Source: an uncultured Marinicella sp. (GTDB lineage Bacteria; Pseudomonadota; Gammaproteobacteria; Xanthomonadales; Marinicellaceae). Taken from it: DNA of 64,000 bases. Location of the stretch: NCBI GenBank assembly GCA_947502595.1, contig CANNAM010000008.1, forward strand, positions 37,473 to 101,472, in the 5' to 3' direction. Below, piece by piece: positions 10,117 through 23,497 of this stretch (position 1 is its first letter; each line of letters begins with the position of its first letter). The notes under the pieces are model-generated. The model saw only the letters and a program-made list of their open reading frames with translations. It had not been told where the DNA came from and did not search any database. Both the position numbers and the translations under genes were made by a program.

Positions 10117-11667
10117 TCAATGGATGCCATGCATGCGTTTTTTCAAGAAAGGTGTTAACACCAACATCAACACACCGGCACCAATAGGAATGGCTGTGAA
10201 GAGCATGAAAAAGCCTGACAAGCCAATAGATGCATTGATAGAGTCCATGGCACTGGCAGTGTATCCACCAATGAAGTGAGCCACAAAGTTTGACAAGAAC
10301 CACACACCAAACATCAAGCCCAATAGGCGTTTGGGTGTCAGTTTACTGACGTATGATAAGCCGACTGGTGACAGACACAACTCACCTGTGGTGTGGAAGA
10401 AATAAGCGGCAATCAACCAAAACATGGAAACAGTTGCTGTACTGGCACCCATTTGAATGCCAGCCGCGCCGTAGGCCAAGAAACCAAAGCCAACACCCAA
10501 CAGCGCCAAGCCTAAAGCAAATTTTGCTGGACCAGATGGATTGAGTTTAGATTCCCAAATTTTAGAGAATAGTGGCGCCATGGTAATGATGAAGAAAGAG
10601 TTGAGGATACCAAACCATGAGGCCGGCACTTCAATTTCACCGGTAGATGAAAATTCGTTGTAAACTTTCCAAATGATGATGCCCCAAATCATGGCAAAAC
10701 TGGCTGCCAAGAAGGTGTTTGATAATGGAATGACTTTAAAGGTTTGTTTGAACAACAGTGCCAATACCCATGTAACCACCACTACCGGTACAACGGTCAA
10801 GAAAAAGTTGGCCCAAACGTAAATGGTTGCTGAAGTACCAGTTAAAACGCGTTGCGTATAATCTTTGGCAAAAATGGTCATTGAAGAGCCCGCTTGCTCA
10901 AAGGCCCACCAGAACACAATAACAAACAAGGCAAAAACACCAATCACCATCAAGCGATCTTTTTCAATGTGAGTCAGCTTATCCGCTTTGATATTTTGGG
11001 CGTTCAAATCGACAGATTTCTGTGGTTTTGCACCGTTTTCCCCAAATACCGCCTGAGCAAAATAGAATTGTAATAAGCCGAAGAACATAAAGACACCAGC
11101 CAAACCGAAGCCGTATGACCAGCCAACAGTTTCACCGACATAACCACACAACATGATGCCTAAGAAAGCGCCGGCATTGATGCCCATGTAGAAAATGGTG
11201 TAAGCACCGTCTTTTTTTGTGTCATCTTTGTACAGGCCGCCTACCATCGAAGAAATATTTGGCTTGAATAAACCGTTACCCGCAATCAATAAGCCCAAAC
11301 CAATGTAGAAGCTTGAGACTGTTTCTACTGCCAACGCAGCATGACCCAAAGTCATCAGTAAGGCACCAACCACAACGGCGGTTTTAAAGCCCCAAAATTT
11401 ATCAGCTATCCAACCACCTATCAATGGCGTTAAATACACCAATGATGTGTACCACATGTACAATAATGCGGCATTTTCACGTGACCAACCCCAACCGCCG
11501 CCATCAATGGCAGTGACCAAGAACAGTACAAGCAATGCCCGCATACCGTAATAACTAAAACGTTCCCACATTTCAGTGAAGAACAAAATGAAAAGCCCTG
11601 CTGGGTGGTTCAAAACTTGAGGGTCTAGGTTTGCTGTAGAGTTGTCTAAATGGTTGCTAGTATTCAT
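10117..11667 (-). CDS. dtpT: POT-family di-/tripeptide permease
   Basis: 516 aa with EMWERFSYYGMRALL, GGWIADKF and FYMGINAGAF motifs. Canonical bacterial POT length. Confidence 0.9.
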   Translation of the reverse strand: MNTSNHLDNSTANLDPQVLNHPAGLFILFFTEMWERFSYYGMRALLVLFLVTAIDGGGWGWSRENAALLYMWYTSLVYLTPLIGGWIADKFWGFKTAVVVGALLMTLGHAALAVETVSSFYIGLGLLIAGNGLFKPNISSMVGGLYKDDTKKDGAYTIFYMGINAGAFLGIMLCGYVGETVGWSYGFGLAGVFMFFGLLQFYFAQAVFGENGAKPQKSVDLNAQNIKADKLTHIEKDRLMVIGVFALFVIVFWWAFEQAGSSMTIFAKDYTQRVLTGTSATIYVWANFFLTVVPVVVVTWVLALLFKQTFKVIPLSNTFLAASFAMIWGIIIWKVYNEFSSTGEIEVPASWFGILNSFFIITMAPLFSKIWESKLNPSGPAKFALGLALLGVGFGFLAYGAAGIQMGASTATVSMFWLIAAYFFHTTGELCLSPVGLSYVSKLTPKRLLGLMFGVWFLSNFVAHFIGGYTASAMDSINASIGLSGFFMLFTAIPIGAGVLMLVLTPFLKKRMHGIH

Positions 11668-11939
11668 ATTATATTATTGTATGGGCTGATAAAAACGCAG
11701 AAAGCAGGTGCCTGAATTAATTGTTTACACACGCACAGGACACAGCGGCTGCGACCAAGGGCATAGATGATACCATAAAAATTCTGACATCAGACTGACA
11801 ACTTTAGGCAGATCCTCGGTTTTGATAATTGTGCGTACAAGCGTGGCGCTGTAAAGGGCGAAATTTATATGCGGCAGATAATCTTTGTTTATTTGCTGGC
11901 AAAGCTGATAGAATTCCTTCCAACTTAATTGAGTGATTT

Positions 11940-12626
11940 GTGATGCAAAAATACCAACAATTGGCAGGCAAGACCATTTTTTTGACCGGTGCTTGTGGTG
12001 GTTTGGGCTCTGCCATTGCTTTGCGTTTGTCGCAGAACAATGTCAACTTAATCATCAGTGACAAGAATCCCAAAGCATTGGATAAATTGGCCGATGAACT
12101 GGTCAAGCGAAAATTACCAGAGCCTGTGCTGTATCCAATGAATCTGGTGGGTGCCACACCCAATGACTACATGGTACTCAGCAAACTGATAAAAACCGAG
12201 TTCGGTCAGTTAGATGGTTTGATTCATACCGCAGCAGAATTTGGTAGTTTGACGCCTTTTCTATTGTATGAAGCATCACGTTGGTTGAAAGAAATGCAGG
12301 TCAATGTCAACTCACCGATCTTTTTAACTCAGGCTTTGCTGCCTTTGATTTTGAAAAGTAAAGGGTCGATACTGTTCACTTCAGACAATCAGCAAACTCT
12401 GGCCAAAGCCTACTGGGGGCAGTACGGTGTAGGTAAAGCTGCGATAGAACAATTCAGCAAAATTCTGGCACAAGAGTGTGAAAACCAAAGCGTCAATGTA
12501 CAGACCATTACCCCGCCGCCCATGCACACCCCGTTGCGAGCCAAAGCGTGGCCAGCTGAAACCCCTGAAACCTTGGCCAAACCACTGGATGTGGCTGATT
12601 TGTATCTGGCAGCATTGACCTCATAA
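11940..12626 (+). CDS. SDR-family oxidoreductase (YciK-like)
   Basis: TGACGGLGSA Rossmann motif and YGVGKAA (YxxxK). Confidence 0.8.
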   Translation: MMQKYQQLAGKTIFLTGACGGLGSAIALRLSQNNVNLIISDKNPKALDKLADELVKRKLPEPVLYPMNLVGATPNDYMVLSKLIKTEFGQLDGLIHTAAEFGSLTPFLLYEASRWLKEMQVNVNSPIFLTQALLPLILKSKGSILFTSDNQQTLAKAYWGQYGVGKAAIEQFSKILAQECENQSVNVQTITPPPMHTPLRAKAWPAETPETLAKPLDVADLYLAALTS

Positions 12627-12908
12627 AGATTGCTGTTTGTGGTTAAAAACGCAGTTGATTTTGGGTTAATCGGATTCAATCGATTGCCGCTTATTGCTGT
12701 CAGAAAACTGTGGTCAGACATTAAAAGTCAAGCGGTAACTGGATAAAGTGCTGAATAAACACTGTTCTATATATGCGTATTCCTTTGTATAAGTGATTTT
12801 TGCTGCTTTTGTTGTGAAAGTAATAAAAATCGTCAGTGGCTATTTCTTGCAGTATCACCTTGGTTTTTGTATGATTCACTTATCTTTTACGGAATCACTT
12901 TTCAGCCA

Positions 12909-15984
<3,076 letters not shown>

Positions 15985-16087
15985 GAAGTTCTCTGTGGTT
16001 GACTGTCACCCATAGTAACAAGCATGCTGTTGAGTTTTGAGAAATAAAATGTTAATAAAATGTGGGATAAATTGGCTTAATAGGCGT

Positions 16088-18256
16088 TTAAAAGCCAGTA
16101 CCTAAACGCAAATAAAATCTGGCCTCACCATCGTGGCTGTAGCCAGTACCCAAAAACATGACGGTGTCTTGAATGTCGAAAGAGAAGCCGGCTGATAGGC
16201 CATAAATCATGTCTTCTATGTTGATGTTGCGTTGCCAAACATTACCCCAGTGGGTTTTGACGGTTAAGTCAGGGATGCCCAAAATAGGTAAGTTAATGGG
16301 AGTCAATGGTGAGTGCCAACCCAGCTCAAACAAAAATGCATTCAAGCCCAATAGCGAGTGTGTTGGGTAACCAGCAAAGTCATCTATGCCACCATAGGCT
16401 TTGAAGTATTCATGGCTTTCAACCAAGTCAGTGAAGTCAAACATAACCCGTAAGTGCGCAGCCGATTGATCAAACAGAGGAAAGCGTTTAAATCCATCGA
16501 AGCTTAAAAATTGCACCCGATCAAAAATACCCAGTTCTGCCTTGATGTCATAACCACTTCTGGCCGCGATTACTTGGTCCAGCGTGTCATAACCATAATT
16601 AACCTTCAAGCCAGTGGTTCGGTTGATGGCGGTTTCAAAATCGATGTCATTAATCACTGGTACTATGCTTTCATCTTGGTACCAGATGCCAGCCCGTAAC
16701 TCACTGTTGATGTTTGGGTTGTAACCCAGGTTGAAGCCAAAGCCAAATTTTTTGTGGTCATATTCACCAATCGCATCAATGCCTTGGTAAAACCGGCGGG
16801 TGTCTTTGATGGCGTCTATGTTGGCAGTGGCAAAAAATTTATTTTTGAAGTCCAGTGGTTGGTACAGTTCAGATTGCCAACCGAGAGTCGCACCAATACT
16901 CAAGTCATTGACCCAACGACCACCTTTGCGGTTGATGTTGTAACGGTGGTGTCGAATCAGCAATGAAATGCGGGTGTTGGAATCGAAATCATCAGCCACT
17001 TTCAGGCCAAACTTTAAATAATCAGGTCCCCAGCGCTTTTCTTGTACTTTGAAGACGATGCCTTTGCTTTGTTCTTCATTGGTGTCTACGTGGTAAGTCA
17101 TCACTTGAATGTCGGCTTCTGTTGCCACCACTTGATCTACGAAGTTTTGCACTACGTCGGCCTTAAATTCTTTACCAAGTAAGGTTTTGGCTTGGGTCAT
17201 CAGACGTTCAGAAGAGGTTCTGTCGTTACCCACAAATTCTACAAAGCTGATGCGGCTGGGTATGACTCTGGGTAAAAAATTACGGGTTTCAAGGTGTGTG
17301 ATGTATTGTTTTTGCGGTAATGACAGTTGCATCAATTGTTCAGCTTGGGCATAGGTGGTGAGGTAGCCATCATTAATCATGTCTGCTGCACGGTCAAACA
17401 TTGAGGCATTGATATTTTTCAGTTGCGGTTGAATCACTATATCTGCCAGTTCAAGCGATTTTTTGGTGTTTTGTACCAACGCAACATCTATGCTTTGGTA
17501 GGTTAATGCCACCACAGATGATTGCTCATCAACCTTTGCCAATGGTGAAGAAATATTCACTGCAATGACAATGTCAGCGCCCATAGCTTTAACCACGTCA
17601 ACCGGTAAATTATTCAGCATACCTCCATCAACTAACATTCGATTTTGATGTTTTACTGGGCCAAATACCAATGGTACGGCCATGGAGGCTCGCATTGCCA
17701 TGGCTAAATCACCATGGTCAATAACGTAAGGCGCACCCTCGTTCAAGTCAGTGGTTACAGACCTGAAAGGGATTGGAAATTGATTGAAGTCTTGTTCGCT
17801 GAAGGAGCCAACCAGACGTTGCAACTCCAGCATCACTTTATGATCGCCTGCCAGACCAGAGCCAGATTTAGCACCGTCTTTTGAAATGCCTATCTCTAAA
17901 TCGGTAAAGTAATCTTTTTCTTCTTGTCTTTGGCGGTAATCTTGTAGTTGGCGTTTGGCAGAGGGTTTGAGGGCGTCGCTCCAGTCAACTGATTTGATTG
18001 CCCATTCAAGGTCATCAGGGCTCATGCCAGTGGCGTATAATCCACCTACAATGCTGCCCATTGATGTGCCTGCAATATAATCAATTGGAATGCGTTGTTC
18101 TTCCAGGGCTTTTAACACGCCAACATGGGCCATCCCGCGTGCACCACCACCTGACAGCGCCAACCCAACTTTAGGGCGGCTTTTTTCTGCCACGGCCACA
18201 GCTGAACCCAGTAGTAAAAGCATGAATAATAATCTTTGAGGTGTCAGTATGGGCAT
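16088..18256 (-). CDS. Patatin-like phospholipase fused to POTRA and an Omp85-type beta-barrel (PlpD-like, type Vd)
   Basis: Signal peptide; SGGGARG oxyanion motif; GTSMG nucleophile elbow; DGG. Long C-terminal beta-strand-rich region ending ...RLGTGF. Confidence 0.85.
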   Translation of the reverse strand: MPILTPQRLLFMLLLLGSAVAVAEKSRPKVGLALSGGGARGMAHVGVLKALEEQRIPIDYIAGTSMGSIVGGLYATGMSPDDLEWAIKSVDWSDALKPSAKRQLQDYRQRQEEKDYFTDLEIGISKDGAKSGSGLAGDHKVMLELQRLVGSFSEQDFNQFPIPFRSVTTDLNEGAPYVIDHGDLAMAMRASMAVPLVFGPVKHQNRMLVDGGMLNNLPVDVVKAMGADIVIAVNISSPLAKVDEQSSVVALTYQSIDVALVQNTKKSLELADIVIQPQLKNINASMFDRAADMINDGYLTTYAQAEQLMQLSLPQKQYITHLETRNFLPRVIPSRISFVEFVGNDRTSSERLMTQAKTLLGKEFKADVVQNFVDQVVATEADIQVMTYHVDTNEEQSKGIVFKVQEKRWGPDYLKFGLKVADDFDSNTRISLLIRHHRYNINRKGGRWVNDLSIGATLGWQSELYQPLDFKNKFFATANIDAIKDTRRFYQGIDAIGEYDHKKFGFGFNLGYNPNINSELRAGIWYQDESIVPVINDIDFETAINRTTGLKVNYGYDTLDQVIAARSGYDIKAELGIFDRVQFLSFDGFKRFPLFDQSAAHLRVMFDFTDLVESHEYFKAYGGIDDFAGYPTHSLLGLNAFLFELGWHSPLTPINLPILGIPDLTVKTHWGNVWQRNINIEDMIYGLSAGFSFDIQDTVMFLGTGYSHDGEARFYLRLGTGF

Positions 18257-18393
18257 GTGTATTTAAAGTAATTATTGACTGAACAGTTAATAGTAATAAA
18301 TTATACCCAAGCTGCTGGGTCATAAACAGCCCGGATGTGAAATTTGTGACCAATTACCTGAATTGTTTCAGTCTTTCAGTTTTTCCAACTGAG

Positions 18394-19470
18394 CTATTTT
18401 GGTTGTTGAGTGGGCGGTTCTACTACCAAGGTTTTTACATACGTTTCTTGGCCGTTTTGCCCTCGAACTTCAATCGACTCTCCAACTGTATGAGAAAGCA
18501 ATACTTGGGTGTATTCAAGGATGCTGTTCACTGGAATATTATTCAGGTGAGTGATGACATCATAAGGCCTTATGCCCGCTTTATCAGCAGAAGAATTGGC
18601 GTCAACCTGAGACACCACAATACCAAATTGAGGTTGTGGAATGCTGTTCATTAAATGTAAAAAAGCATCAAAAAAATACATGCCTACAGAGCCGCGCAAT
18701 ACCTTGCCATGGTCAATGATGGAATTGATGACTTGCACCGCTGTATTCGATGGGATGGCAAAATTGATGCCTTCAGCGCCCAATTGGTTGTAGCTGGCGG
18801 TGCTGATACCAACCACTTGACCAGCAGGGTTAATTAAAGGGCCGCCGGAATTGCCTTGGTTGATGGCAGCATCAGTTTGGATGAAGTTTTCCAGTCGGCC
18901 TTCATGAACACCGCGTCTGCCAGTGGCACTGACGATGCCTAATGAAGCGCTTTGGTTTAAGCCAAAGGGGTTGCCTATGGCCAACACCACATCACCGGTG
19001 TTGATTACATCGCTGTTATGAAACTCTGCAGGGGTTAGGCCGCTGGTATTGATTTTAATGATGGCTAAATCGGTCAGTTCATCTTGTCCCACATAACTGG
19101 CGTCAAAAGCTTGGTTGTTCCATAAGAACACTTTAACTCTGGTGGCTTTCTCTATCACGTGTTGATTGGTAACGATGTGCCCACTGGGCGAGACGATCAC
19201 ACCAGAGCCTAAAAAGTTTTTAGTGACGTAGGGCTGCTTTGGTGATAGACCGGGGTTTGAGCTTGGAATCAGTTCATTGCTTTGGGTAAAAATGCTGACC
19301 ACAGAAGGACTGATCTTGTTGATGGCAGGTGCATAGGAGAAAGTAGGCTGCGGTTGTTTGTCGGCAAATAATCCCGCTGTTTTGATGTTGCCAAACACCA
19401 TCAAATACAAGAAACCCAATGCCAAACCAACGATGGCATACTTTAAAATAAAAATAAAATGCTGTTTCAT
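18394..19470 (-). CDS. degS: DegS/AlgW-like S1C serine endoprotease with one PDZ domain
   Basis: N-terminal TM, TNQHV (His), GNSGGPL (Ser), and one C-terminal PDZ-like region. ATG at 19470 is preferred over the ORF opening at 19572. Confidence 0.8.
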   Translation of the reverse strand: MKQHFIFILKYAIVGLALGFLYLMVFGNIKTAGLFADKQPQPTFSYAPAINKISPSVVSIFTQSNELIPSSNPGLSPKQPYVTKNFLGSGVIVSPSGHIVTNQHVIEKATRVKVFLWNNQAFDASYVGQDELTDLAIIKINTSGLTPAEFHNSDVINTGDVVLAIGNPFGLNQSASLGIVSATGRRGVHEGRLENFIQTDAAINQGNSGGPLINPAGQVVGISTASYNQLGAEGINFAIPSNTAVQVINSIIDHGKVLRGSVGMYFFDAFLHLMNSIPQPQFGIVVSQVDANSSADKAGIRPYDVITHLNNIPVNSILEYTQVLLSHTVGESIEVRGQNGQETYVKTLVVEPPTQQPK

Positions 19471-19738
19471 GCTATAAATCGAATCTTGTGGTTGGTCATT
19501 GTAATGAATAACAGGTTTAAATGCCGTGATTAATACGTGATTTTTTTTGGCATTAATGTCACAGTTACTCATCTCAAAGATGAGTTAACTCAAATAACTG
19601 AGTTAAAAATATATGTTTAATAAGGGCAGGTAGCTATGAAAAAACATTAAAATCTTGTAAAATTGCCGCGATTTATTTATAGATTCAACTTGTGAGCGCT
19701 ATCTGCTCATGGGATAATATTCAATAGAGGTTAATTCA

Positions 19739-20326
19739 ATGACTGATAATGTCAATAAAAGTCGACGTACTTTATTGCTCAGCACCGGCGCAGTCGGTGT
19801 CGTTGGGGCGGGTTTTGCGGCGGTTCCTTTTTTAAAGTCATGGCTGCCATCTGAGCGTGCCAAAGCAGCAGGTGGGCCAGTTAAAGCTGACATCTCTAAA
19901 GTTGAACCAGGGCAAATGCTCAATGTATTGTGGCGTGGACAGCCAGTATTTTTGGTCAATCGAACCAAGCAACAAACGGATGTCTTGGAATCGCTGAACG
20001 ATAAATTAAAAGACCCTGAATCTGAAAGCAGTATTCAGCCCGATTATGTGAATAATATTTTCCGCTCCAGAAAAGATAATTTCTTGGTGGTGGTAGGTAT
20101 ATGTACGCACCTGGGTTGTTCGCCTAAATATTACCCTGATTTGGTGCCACAACAATTTGATGCTGAATGGAAAGGCGGATTTTTCTGTCCTTGTCACAGC
20201 TCAAGGTTTGATATTTCAGGTCGGGTATTTTCTGGCTCTCCTGCCAGTCGTAATTTGGATGTACCTCCGTATACATTTTTAGATGAAAATACCATAGAGA
20301 TTGGTAATGATGGGGAGCAAGCATAA
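19739..20326 (+). CDS. petA: Ubiquinol-cytochrome c reductase Rieske iron-sulfur subunit
   Basis: Tat-like SRRTLL; CTHLGC and CPCHSS Rieske boxes. Confidence 0.95.
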   Translation: MTDNVNKSRRTLLLSTGAVGVVGAGFAAVPFLKSWLPSERAKAAGGPVKADISKVEPGQMLNVLWRGQPVFLVNRTKQQTDVLESLNDKLKDPESESSIQPDYVNNIFRSRKDNFLVVVGICTHLGCSPKYYPDLVPQQFDAEWKGGFFCPCHSSRFDISGRVFSGSPASRNLDVPPYTFLDENTIEIGNDGEQA

Positions 20327-21567
20327 TGGGTAAAATTGCCAGTTCAAGCAGTACCGGTGGTTTAGGTGGTTGGATCAACGCCAGACTGCCTGTCACTCAG
20401 TTTTATAAAGATCATTTGTCAGAATACTATGCGCCGAAGAATTTCAACTTTTGGTATTTCTTTGGTTCTCTGGCCTTGTTGGTATTGGTTAATCAAATAT
20501 TAACTGGTATTTGGCTGACGATGCATTACAAGCCAGATGCGGCCCAAGCATTTGGTATGGTTGAGTACATCATGCGTGATGTGCCATGGGGTTGGTTGAT
20601 TCGTTACCTGCATACCACTGGTGCTTCGGCATTCTTTATTGTGATTTACTTTCACATGTTCCGTGGTTTGCTTTACGGTTCCTATAAAAAACCCAGAGAG
20701 CTGGTTTGGATTATCGGTATGGTGATCTACTTGGCCTTGATGGCTGAAGCCTTTTTGGGTTATGTATTGCCATGGGGCAACATGTCCTATTGGGGTGCCA
20801 AAGTAATTACTCAGTTGTTTGGTGCTGTGCCTTGGGTTGGTGACAGTTTGGTTGAGTGGGTACGCGGTGACTACCTGATTTCAGACGCCACTTTAAACCG
20901 TTTCTTTGCTTTGCACGTGGTGGCCTTACCGTTGGCTATTGTGGCCTTGGTGGTGTTGCATATTGCTGCATTACACACTGTGGGTTCAAATAACCCAGAA
21001 GGCATAGAAATCAAAAAACACAAAGATGAAAATGGTAAGCCATTAGATGGCATTCCATTCCACCCATATTACACTGTAAAAGATATTTTCGGTGTGGGTA
21101 TGTTCTTGCTGATTTTCTTGTTCATCGTTTTTGTTAAGCCAGACATGGGCGGCTTGTTCTTAGAGCATGATAACTATGTTCCGGCTAATCCGGCGGTAAC
21201 TCCTGAGCACATCAAGCCAGTTTGGTATTTCACACCATTTTATGCCATGCTGCGCGCTGTGCCCGACATGCAGATGGGTGCTTTGATTATGGCTCTGGCC
21301 ATTGTGGTGTTGTTTTTCTTACCTTGGTTAGATCGCTCACCAGTAAAATCAATTCGCTACCGCAGGTGGCCATTCAAAGTCATGTTAAGTCTGTTTGCTG
21401 TGGCATTCGTTATTTTGGGATGGTTAGGTATGCAAGGTGCCACAGAGTTGTATAAACTCATGGCTCAGGTTTTGACTGCATTTTATTTCTTTTACTTTAT
21501 CTGGCTGTTCTTGTACAGTCGCAATGAAAAATACCACGAAGTACCAGAAAGGATAGAGGACCACTGA
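20326..21567 (+). CDS. petB: Cytochrome b
   Basis: 413 aa, polytopic. Has RYLHTTGASAFF and PEHIKPVWYF motifs. Start overlaps the petA stop. Confidence 0.95.
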   Translation: MGKIASSSSTGGLGGWINARLPVTQFYKDHLSEYYAPKNFNFWYFFGSLALLVLVNQILTGIWLTMHYKPDAAQAFGMVEYIMRDVPWGWLIRYLHTTGASAFFIVIYFHMFRGLLYGSYKKPRELVWIIGMVIYLALMAEAFLGYVLPWGNMSYWGAKVITQLFGAVPWVGDSLVEWVRGDYLISDATLNRFFALHVVALPLAIVALVVLHIAALHTVGSNNPEGIEIKKHKDENGKPLDGIPFHPYYTVKDIFGVGMFLLIFLFIVFVKPDMGGLFLEHDNYVPANPAVTPEHIKPVWYFTPFYAMLRAVPDMQMGALIMALAIVVLFFLPWLDRSPVKSIRYRRWPFKVMLSLFAVAFVILGWLGMQGATELYKLMAQVLTAFYFFYFIWLFLYSRNEKYHEVPERIEDH

Positions 21568-22313
21568 TGAAAAAGTTATTATTTATATTGATAAGTTTAA
21601 TTGCCACAACTGAGGTAATGGCTGCTGGCGGCGGTAGTTACATTGGTGAAAAAGTGCAATCCAACATCCGTTCTGTAGATTCTTTAAGGAATGGCGCAAA
21701 AACCTACATGAATTACTGTATGGGTTGTCACTCAATGGATTATCAGCGCTACAACCGGGTGGCACAGGATTTGAATCTGACTGAAGATGAAATGATGAAT
21801 GGACTGGTGCTGACTGATGCCAAGTTTGCCGATAAGATGACCATTGCCATGACCAAGGAGCAAAGTGCTGCTTGGTTTAATAAAGCAGTGGCACCTGATT
21901 TAACAGTGATTGCGAAGGCCAGGGGTGTTGATTGGTTGTATAATTTTTTAATTAATTTTTATGCCGATCCCACCAGACCCAGTGGTTGGAACAACCTGAC
22001 TTTTGAAAATGCCAGTATGCCGCACATTTTGTGGGAGCTGCAGGGTATAAGAACGGCTCATTTTGAAACTCATACCGATGAAGAGGGTAATGAGCACAAA
22101 GAGTTTAAAAACTTTGAAACAGTTGAAGCTGGAACGCTCAGTGAGCAAGCGTACAAAGATTTGGCAACAGATTTGGTTAACTTTTTAGATTACTCGTCAG
22201 AACCAGCACAGTTGATACGTATGTCATATGCACCTTGGGTGCTGTTGTTTGTGGCCGTATTTACCTTTTTGGCTTACCTGTTGAAAGTTAATTATTTCAG
22301 GGACATACATTAA
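21567..22313 (+). CDS. petC: Cytochrome c1
   Basis: Signal peptide, CMGCHS heme-binding site, C-terminal TM anchor. Confidence 0.93.
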   Translation: MKKLLFILISLIATTEVMAAGGGSYIGEKVQSNIRSVDSLRNGAKTYMNYCMGCHSMDYQRYNRVAQDLNLTEDEMMNGLVLTDAKFADKMTIAMTKEQSAAWFNKAVAPDLTVIAKARGVDWLYNFLINFYADPTRPSGWNNLTFENASMPHILWELQGIRTAHFETHTDEEGNEHKEFKNFETVEAGTLSEQAYKDLATDLVNFLDYSSEPAQLIRMSYAPWVLLFVAVFTFLAYLLKVNYFRDIH

Positions 22314-22365
22314 TAAGTACAAAAAAAGTTGTCTCTTAACAAAAAAGTCAAAATTTGATAAAATA

Positions 22366-22406
22366 AAGGGTTTTTGCAGATTTGTACTGTGAAAACCCTT
22401 TTTTAA
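22366..22406 (+). terminator. Rho-independent terminator after petC
   Basis: AAGGGTTTT...AAAACCCTT hairpin followed by TTTT. Confidence 0.65.
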
Positions 22407-22428
22407 TTTACATAAAGGAGAAAATCAG

Positions 22429-23061
22429 GTGTCTATTATTGAACGTGGGCGATCGGTTATTACTATTTACTCAGAAACAGAAGCTTTTGATTCGCACAGA
22501 ATACGCTTCCTGTTGGCCACAAAGAGCATCAATTGTAAAATCATTTCAGTGGATAGAAGTGACCCGCCTGAGGACTTGTTGGCCAACAATCCTGAGTTGG
22601 AAATACCCACTTTGGTTGATCGTGACATGCATTTGTATGGGGTAAATGTCATCACCGAATATCTAGATGAGCGTTACCCGCACCCTCCTTTGATGCCACC
22701 TGATCCAATGACTCGAGCCAGATTGAGGTTCACTGTATATCGGCTAGAAAGTGGTTGGTTTAAATATGTAGATAAAATTGAAAATGCGGTGGGAGAAAGT
22801 AAGCAAAAAGCAGTTGATGACTTGACTGCAGAATTGGTTGCTGCTGAATCATTGTTCAGTGAAAACCCTTATTTCATGAACACTGACATGACTTTGGTTG
22901 ATACCAACTTGGTACCATTTTTATGGCGATTAGAACATTATGGTTTGGATTGGGAAGCTTTACCTAAATCATTGCGTAACTATGCTCACCGCATGTTCCA
23001 AAGCAAAGGTTTTAAGAAAAGTATTACAGAATCAGAAAGAGAGTATCGATTTGATTTTTGA
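22429..23061 (+). CDS. sspA: Stringent starvation protein A
   Basis: GST-like fold, 210 aa. GTG start preceded by AAGGAG. Conserved petABC-sspA-sspB order. Confidence 0.93.
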   Translation: MSIIERGRSVITIYSETEAFDSHRIRFLLATKSINCKIISVDRSDPPEDLLANNPELEIPTLVDRDMHLYGVNVITEYLDERYPHPPLMPPDPMTRARLRFTVYRLESGWFKYVDKIENAVGESKQKAVDDLTAELVAAESLFSENPYFMNTDMTLVDTNLVPFLWRLEHYGLDWEALPKSLRNYAHRMFQSKGFKKSITESEREYRFDF

Positions 23062-23068
23062 TCCTGAC

Positions 23069-23497
23069 ATGACCTCAGTAAAGCCTTATTTTATTCAGGC
23101 TTTACATGAGTGGATTTCAGACAATGGGTTAACGCCATTGGTGGTGGTTGACGCATCCTTTTCGGGAATTAGGGTGCCTGACGGGGTGGTTGAGGATGGT
23201 AAAATCATACTCAACATTTCCTATGACGCCGCTCAAAATATACAAATGGATGAAGAGTTGTTGACTTTCAATGCCCGTTTCTCAGGTGTTTCTCACGCCA
23301 TTATTGTTCCCATGCAAGCCGTGTCTGCCATTTATGCCCGTGAAAATGGCAAAGGCATGATGTTTGATGTAGACAGTGAAGCAGCAGCTCCTGACGGTGG
23401 TGACTCGGCCGAGCAAGCCGAACAGTCACCGTCCGAAAAAACTGGTGGGAAGAAAAAAAATAAAAGTAAAAAATCTCATCTTAAATTGGTGGATTAA
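23069..23497 (+). CDS. sspB: ClpXP adaptor, stringent starvation protein B
   Basis: KPYFIQALHEWISDNGLTPLVVVDA resembles the E. coli SspB N-terminus. Acidic linker and basic tail ...HLKLVD. ATG at 23069 is 8 nt after sspA. Confidence 0.9.
   Translation: MTSVKPYFIQALHEWISDNGLTPLVVVDASFSGIRVPDGVVEDGKIILNISYDAAQNIQMDEELLTFNARFSGVSHAIIVPMQAVSAIYARENGKGMMFDVDSEAAAPDGGDSAEQAEQSPSEKTGGKKKNKSKKSHLKLVD

Noticed and set aside
22940-23068. A long form of sspB starting at 22940 and overlapping sspA by 122 nt.
   Set aside because: The extension has no SspB-like sequence. ATG 23069 gives the conserved KPYF...HEW N-terminus 8 nt after the sspA stop.
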